From Deltaproteobacteria bacterium (GTDB lineage: Bacteria > SAR324 > NAC60-12): 11,321 nt of DNA. The position numbers and the translations under genes were made by a program. Shown in pieces: positions 6,533 to 11,321 of this stretch (its first letter is position 1; every line of letters starts with the position of its first letter). The DNA lies in assembly GCA_038150265.1 (NCBI GenBank), contig JAYOTF010000060.1:943-12263 (forward strand). Reading direction: 5' to 3'. The notes beneath the pieces are model-generated. The model ran no database searches, was not told the origin of the DNA, and was given only the letters and a program-made list of their open reading frames with translations.

Positions 6533-7413
6533 GCCTGCTGGAAGATCGCGAGTTCCTCGCTCAGCTCCGGACCCTTGAGCTGTCTCTGAAGCCCTCCCGT
6601 CCCTCTCCGCGCCTGGGCCTCCATGCCCTCAACTTCCGGGGCCGGAGTCTGGAATTTGCCGAATACCGCGAGTACCGTGAAGGCGAAGACCTCCGGGACC
6701 TCGACTGGAAGGTGTGGGGCCGGAGCGACCGCTTTTACGTCAAGCTCCGAGACGCCCATGCCCCGGCCACTGCCATGCTGTTTCTGGATGACTCGCCGTC
6801 CATGGTCACCGCGTCTCCGCAGGCGTCGGTTCCCAAGCACCAGGCGGCGGCGCTGGTGGCCTTTGGGTTGGCCTCGGTGCTGCAGCGCAACGGAGACGCC
6901 AGCTCCCTGCACCTGCTGTCTCAGCCCTACCCGGAGCCCCCTCGGTCGTCACGCCGGTCGTTTCTGCACCAGGTCCAGCGCCTCCGAACGGTGGCCGCAG
7001 GGCAGCAGCTGGCCGAGCCTCGGCCCTTGCCCCGGATGCGGTCGAAGTCGATTGACCACGCGTTTGTGATCTCCGACTTCCTGGAGCCCCTGGACGCCTG
7101 GAAGACGCGGCTGGAAACCATTCAGCACCTCGCGTGGCAAACCATCTGCCTGCAGGTGCTCGATCCGTGGGAGGCCAACCCGCCTCAGGCTGAGACGGAG
7201 CTCGAAGACGCGGAAGCAGCCGAACGCCGGCGCCGGATCACCCCGGAAGAGTGGAGGCAGTACCGCGCCCGGCTGGAACAGCACCAGCACCAGCTGGAAG
7301 GCTTGTGTCGGAAGAAGGGGATGCGCCTGCACACACTGGAGACCACCGGAGCGATGGCCTCGCAGATCCGCAAGCTGCTGGAGCGAGCCCTCTGGAAGGG
7401 CTCGCGGGGGTAG
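6529..7413 (+). CDS. DUF58 family protein (vWA-like, usually MoxR-associated)
   Basis: GRSLEFAEYREYREGEDLRDLDWKVWGRSDRFYVK, MIDAS-like LDDSPSM, VISDFL and QVLDPWE. ATGA overlap with the MFS stop. Confidence 0.9.
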   Translation: MSLLEDREFLAQLRTLELSLKPSRPSPRLGLHALNFRGRSLEFAEYREYREGEDLRDLDWKVWGRSDRFYVKLRDAHAPATAMLFLDDSPSMVTASPQASVPKHQAAALVAFGLASVLQRNGDASSLHLLSQPYPEPPRSSRRSFLHQVQRLRTVAAGQQLAEPRPLPRMRSKSIDHAFVISDFLEPLDAWKTRLETIQHLAWQTICLQVLDPWEANPPQAETELEDAEAAERRRRITPEEWRQYRARLEQHQHQLEGLCRKKGMRLHTLETTGAMASQIRKLLERALWKGSRG

Positions 7414-7415
7414 AC

Positions 7416-7913
7416 TCAGCTCGGGAGGGTGGACTTGGCTGGAGCCTCCGGGCTGGCCTCAGGCTTGGCTTCCGCCTCCGGAGCTTCTGCTGCAGCCGCG
7501 GCTTCCTTGGCTTCTCGAGCGGCCACCTGCTTCTGCACGGCCTCCGTGATCGCCTGAGCCGCCGGGCTCTTTTCCTCCGAGGCCGCCGCCGGTTTTCCCT
7601 CCATCCGGTCGGCCAGCTGCTCCAGCTCCTCTCCGGAACTGGGGGTCCGGCCCAGAGGATTGAAGGTGGCCGAGACGTTCCCGATGGTGTTCTGGACCTC
7701 ATCCTTGACGTCCTTGAGTTCCTTCACGTCCAGCTCCTTTTCGATCTGACTCATCTCGTCCTGGACGGTGGTCCGGATGTCGTTGGTCGCCCGTTTCAGT
7801 TGCACCAACCCCCGGCCCACGGAACGGATCACATCCGGAAGCTGCTGGGGTCCAATAAAGATCAGGGCGATCACCACAATGATCACCATTTCAGGGAGGC
7901 CAATGCCAAACAT
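7416..7913 (-). CDS. tatB: Twin-arginine translocase subunit, TatB-like (TatA/B family)
   Basis: MFGIGLPEM...IFIGPQQLP TM helix and hinge, amphipathic helix, long Ala/Glu/Pro-rich tail. AAGGA RBS at 7920-7924 (minus strand). Confidence 0.85.
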   Translation of the reverse strand: MFGIGLPEMVIIVVIALIFIGPQQLPDVIRSVGRGLVQLKRATNDIRTTVQDEMSQIEKELDVKELKDVKDEVQNTIGNVSATFNPLGRTPSSGEELEQLADRMEGKPAAASEEKSPAAQAITEAVQKQVAAREAKEAAAAAEAPEAEAKPEASPEAPAKSTLPS

Positions 7914-8001
7914 GAAGGTTCCTTGTTAATGCAGCAAAAAAAGGCCTGATGGGGCCTGATGCGAAAACGACATTTATATCGTGGAGTGAGAGGAAACGCA
8001 A

Positions 8002-9813
8002 ATGCCTGATGCCTGTATCGCCGTTCTGGACTTTGGCAGCCAGTACGCCCACCTCATTGCCAAGCGCATCCGTCACGGCGGAGCGTATGCCGAAATCTTC
8101 TCGCCTGCGGCATCAGTGGCGGAGCTGGCTCATGCCCGGGGACTCATCCTGTCCGGAGGCCCAGCCTCGGTGTTTGCCCCCGATGCTCCCGCGTTCAACC
8201 CCGACCTCCTGAACCTGGATGTCCCCATCCTGGGGCTGTGCTACGGGCACCAGCTCATTGCCCAAACCTTTGGGGGCACCATTGAGAACACCGGGCAGGG
8301 AGAGTTTGGCAAGGCCCGCCTGGACGCCACCGGAGACTCGCCCCTGTGGCAGGGCGTGACGCTGCCGACACAGGTCTGGATGAGCCACCAGGACAGCGTG
8401 ACCCGGCTCCCGGAAGGCTTCGTCTGTGTCGGCGAAACCCACCCCGGCGCCCACACGGCGTTGCGGCACACGGAACGTCCCCTCTTCACCTTCCAGTTCC
8501 ATCCGGAGGTCCGTGACTCCCACGGCGGAGACACCATGCTCCAGAACTTTGCCCGCCTCTGCGGACTCGAAGGGACCTGGTCCATGGAGCAGTTTGTGGA
8601 AGACACCCGCGCCCGGATTCAGGACGAAGTGGGCGCCCGGCGCGTCCTCATGTTCCTCAGTGGCGGGGTCGACTCCTCGGTCGCCTTTGCCCTCCTCAAC
8701 AGCGCCCTCGGCACCGACCGCGTCAGGGGCCTCTTCATTGACAACGGCTTCATGCGCCAGAACGAAGGCGCCCAGATCATGGAGCGCTACCAGGCCCTCG
8801 GCTACACCAATGTGGAAGCCCGGGACTACAGCGCCGCGTTCCTCGACGCTGTTGCCGGACTCACCGACCCGCAGGAGAAGCGGCACCGCGTCGGCGCCAC
8901 CTTCATCCAGATGCGGGACCGCTTCCTCCAGGAACTCGACCTGCACACCGAAGACTGGATGCTCGGCCAGGGCACCCTCTACCCCGACATCATTGAGTCC
9001 GGAGGCACCCAGCACGCCACGGTCATCAAGTCCCACCACAACCGGGTTCAGGAGGTGCTGGACCTGATGGACTCCGGACACGTGGTGGAGCCCCTGAAGG
9101 AGCTGTACAAAGACGAGGTCCGGCAGGTTGGCACGCTGCTGGGGCTTCCGGACGAGCTGGTCTGGCGGCACCCCTTCCCCGGCCCCGGGCTCTCCATCAA
9201 CGTCCTCTGCTCCAACGGCCAGGACCCGGCCCCGCCTCAAACCGCCACCCGGCTCAAGGAGCAGCTCCCTCCCCCGGTTGAGGTCGATGTCCTCCCCGTC
9301 CGGTCGGTTGGGGTGCAGGGTGACCTCCGGACCTATGCCCCGCCGGCGGTCCTCTGGGAGGCTCCGCATGACTGGGACTGGCTGGAAGCGACCTCGATCC
9401 AGCTCACCAACTCCGTCCGGGAGATCAACCGGGTTGTCCTCGGACTTGGCCGGAACCACGGAGCGTCCTTTGCCGGAAGCAGCTTTGTGGAACGCGCCGC
9501 CACCTGCACCCGGGACCGCCTGGACACGCTTCGGGAAGCGGACGCCCTGGCAACACAGGCCCTGGAGGCAAACGGGCTGATGCGCGACATCTTCCAGCTG
9601 CTGGTGATCCTCCTCCCGCTCTCGGCGGATGGCACCGGAGACAGCGTGGTGCTCCGTCCGGTGGTCTCCGAAGATGTCATGACCGCCCAGTTTGCCCGCC
9701 TGGACTGGACGCTTCTGGACCACCTGACCCAGGCCCTGCTGGCCCTCCCGGGTCTGGATGCCGTCTTCTACGACATCACTCACAAGCCCCCGGCCACCTT
9801 TGGCTGGGAGTAA
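8002..9813 (+). CDS. guaA: GMP synthase (glutamine-hydrolysing), long form
   Basis: LDFGSQY, ILSGGP, GLCYGHQL (catalytic Cys), WMSH, QFHPE, SGGVDS, QGTLYPDIIES, IKSHHN, RHPFPGPGL and YDITHKPPATFGWE. RBS GAGAGGA at 7988-7994. Confidence 0.97.
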   Translation: MPDACIAVLDFGSQYAHLIAKRIRHGGAYAEIFSPAASVAELAHARGLILSGGPASVFAPDAPAFNPDLLNLDVPILGLCYGHQLIAQTFGGTIENTGQGEFGKARLDATGDSPLWQGVTLPTQVWMSHQDSVTRLPEGFVCVGETHPGAHTALRHTERPLFTFQFHPEVRDSHGGDTMLQNFARLCGLEGTWSMEQFVEDTRARIQDEVGARRVLMFLSGGVDSSVAFALLNSALGTDRVRGLFIDNGFMRQNEGAQIMERYQALGYTNVEARDYSAAFLDAVAGLTDPQEKRHRVGATFIQMRDRFLQELDLHTEDWMLGQGTLYPDIIESGGTQHATVIKSHHNRVQEVLDLMDSGHVVEPLKELYKDEVRQVGTLLGLPDELVWRHPFPGPGLSINVLCSNGQDPAPPQTATRLKEQLPPPVEVDVLPVRSVGVQGDLRTYAPPAVLWEAPHDWDWLEATSIQLTNSVREINRVVLGLGRNHGASFAGSSFVERAATCTRDRLDTLREADALATQALEANGLMRDIFQLLVILLPLSADGTGDSVVLRPVVSEDVMTAQFARLDWTLLDHLTQALLALPGLDAVFYDITHKPPATFGWE

Positions 9814-9918
9814 CCCCTGCTGCACGTCACCGCGCCCGCCTGCTCCTCCCCGAGCCGTCCGGGCCGGTTGCCTTCCAACAACACGAATCCCCTCACCCGT
9901 TCCTGGAGCATCTGAACC

Positions 9919-11211
9919 ATGGCCCACCTTGACTGGCATGCCGAACGAAGCGACTTGTCCGGAATCACCCTGCTGGACCACGCGCCAGAGAGCGCCGACA
10001 TCAACCTGGCCGCCGTCCGGAGCTACCGGCAGCAGCGGGTTCGTCAGGAAATGGCCCAGCGGGGCCTGGCGGCCGTGATCCTGTCGGACCCGGTCAACAT
10101 CCGCTACGCCACGGGAACCCGGAACATGCAGGTGTTTTCGATGCGGAACGCACCGTCGCGCTACCTCCTGCTGACCGAGCACCGCTCCATTCTCTTTGAG
10201 TTCACGGGCTGCCTGCACCTGGCCGACGGCTTTGAAACCGTGGACGAGGTCCGTCCGGCCCGGACCGCCAGCTTTGTGGCAGCGGGCCCGCACCTGGTGG
10301 AGCGGGAACGGGAGTGGGCCCGGGAAATGGCAGACGTGATCCGCGAGTCAGTGGGGGCAGGGGTGACGGTGGGTCTGGAGCGGATGAATGCCGGCGCGGC
10401 GATCGCGCTGCAGGAGCAGGGCTTCCGGATCGTGGACGCCCAGGAGCCCGTGGAGCGGGCGCGGGCCATCAAGTCTGCCGAAGAGGTCAAGTGCATCCGC
10501 GCCTCCCTGCGAGCCACCGAAGCGGCAGTGGCTCGGCTCCGGGACGCCCTGCGCCCCGGCCTGACCGAAAATGCCCTCTGGTCCGTTCTCCATCAAGCCG
10601 TCATTGAACAAAATGGCGACTACTGCGAAACCCGGCTCCTCAATGCCGGACAACGGACCAACCCCTGGTTTCAGGAATCCGCCCACCACCTGATTGGCGA
10701 AAACGAACTGGTCGCCCTTGATACCGATGTCGTCGGGTGCCACGGCTACTACAGCGACTTTTCGCGCACCTTCCACTCGGGTCCCGGACGCCCCACCGCG
10801 TCTCAGCGCACCCTTTACCAAACGGCGCTGGAGCAGGTTTACCACAACATGGGCCTGCTGAAAGCCGGCGTGAGCTTTCGGGAGTATGCCGAACGCGCCT
10901 GGGACATTCCGGAGCGGTACCGGGCCAACCGCTACTACCTGTCGTCCCACGGGTGTGGCCTGACCGGCGAGTACCCCTACCTCTACCACCGGGACGACTT
11001 TGCCGACGCGGGCTATGACGGCGTGCTGGAGGCCGGGATGACCATCTGCGTGGAGAGCTACATTGGCGAAACCGGCGGCGCCGAAGGCGTCAAGCTCGAG
11101 CAACAGGTGCTGGTGACCGAGACCGGAATCGAGCTGCTGTCCGAGTTTCCCTTTGAAGCCGCCCTGATGGATTCCTCCTTCCAACCCGCCTTTCCCCTTC
11201 CCACGCACTGA
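9919..11211 (+). CDS. dddP: M24 peptidase-fold metalloenzyme, DddP (DMSP lyase)-like
   Basis: DPVNIRYATGTRNMQ, ETRLLNAGQRTNPWFQE, DTD..G..GYYSDFSRT, HGCGL, CVES and VKLEQQVLVTE. The ETRLL...RTNPWFQE block is typical of DddP. GGAG RBS at 9905-9908. Confidence 0.7.
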   Translation: MAHLDWHAERSDLSGITLLDHAPESADINLAAVRSYRQQRVRQEMAQRGLAAVILSDPVNIRYATGTRNMQVFSMRNAPSRYLLLTEHRSILFEFTGCLHLADGFETVDEVRPARTASFVAAGPHLVEREREWAREMADVIRESVGAGVTVGLERMNAGAAIALQEQGFRIVDAQEPVERARAIKSAEEVKCIRASLRATEAAVARLRDALRPGLTENALWSVLHQAVIEQNGDYCETRLLNAGQRTNPWFQESAHHLIGENELVALDTDVVGCHGYYSDFSRTFHSGPGRPTASQRTLYQTALEQVYHNMGLLKAGVSFREYAERAWDIPERYRANRYYLSSHGCGLTGEYPYLYHRDDFADAGYDGVLEAGMTICVESYIGETGGAEGVKLEQQVLVTETGIELLSEFPFEAALMDSSFQPAFPLPTH

Positions 11212-11217
11212 AAGGGG

Positions 11218-11280
11218 TCCCCCTTCGTCGCTCAGTCCCCCACGGGCGCGGGGAAGCAGGGCAATCGCATGAAGGGAGGA
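11218..11280. other. Stem-loop downstream of the dddP-like stop
   Basis: CCCTTCGT (11221-11228) pairs with ATGAAGGG (11269-11276); inner TCCCC (11236-11240) pairs with GGGGA (11250-11254). No U-tract. Confidence 0.3.
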
Positions 11281-11321
11281 AGCCGGCTCATCCTGAAAAA
11301 AACAGGAGTGGCTCGCTGGAG

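Noticed and set aside
7416..7600. Repetitive Ala/Glu/Pro-coding DNA
   Set aside because: Ordinary disordered TatB tail, not a DNA repeat element.
8113..10293. 726-aa antisense ORF spanning guaA and the dddP-like gene
   Set aside because: Shadow frame opposite two well-supported GC-rich genes; no recognisable motifs.
10348..11208. 286-aa minus-strand ORF
   Set aside because: Antisense shadow of the M24-family gene.
11288..11321. Possible end of a convergent gene (SSEPLLFFSG-stop) or start of a plus-strand ORF at 11269
   Set aside because: Too little sequence at the window edge to support either.

Overview
GC-rich bacterial chromosomal window, mostly housekeeping genes with several unannotated small genes. 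In order: 3' end of a class I DAHP synthase (+); a probable 39-aa membrane peptide (-); a GshB-like ATP-grasp ligase (-); a divergent 2-TM/DUF2007 protein coupled to an RNB (RNase II family) exoribonuclease (+); a packed five-gene run of three small proteins, a UMF1/Atg22-type MFS transporter and a DUF58 protein (+); tatB (-); a long-form GMP synthase guaA (+); and a DddP-like M24 metalloenzyme (+). I see no mobile element, CRISPR array, tRNA or rRNA. Best leads: the DddP-like enzyme that seems to lack the proposed catalytic Asp, the small-protein/MFS/DUF58 operon with an upstream hairpin, SspB-like ClpX-docking motifs on two small membrane proteins, and the hidden 39-aa ORF. All family calls come from motif recognition, not database searches.
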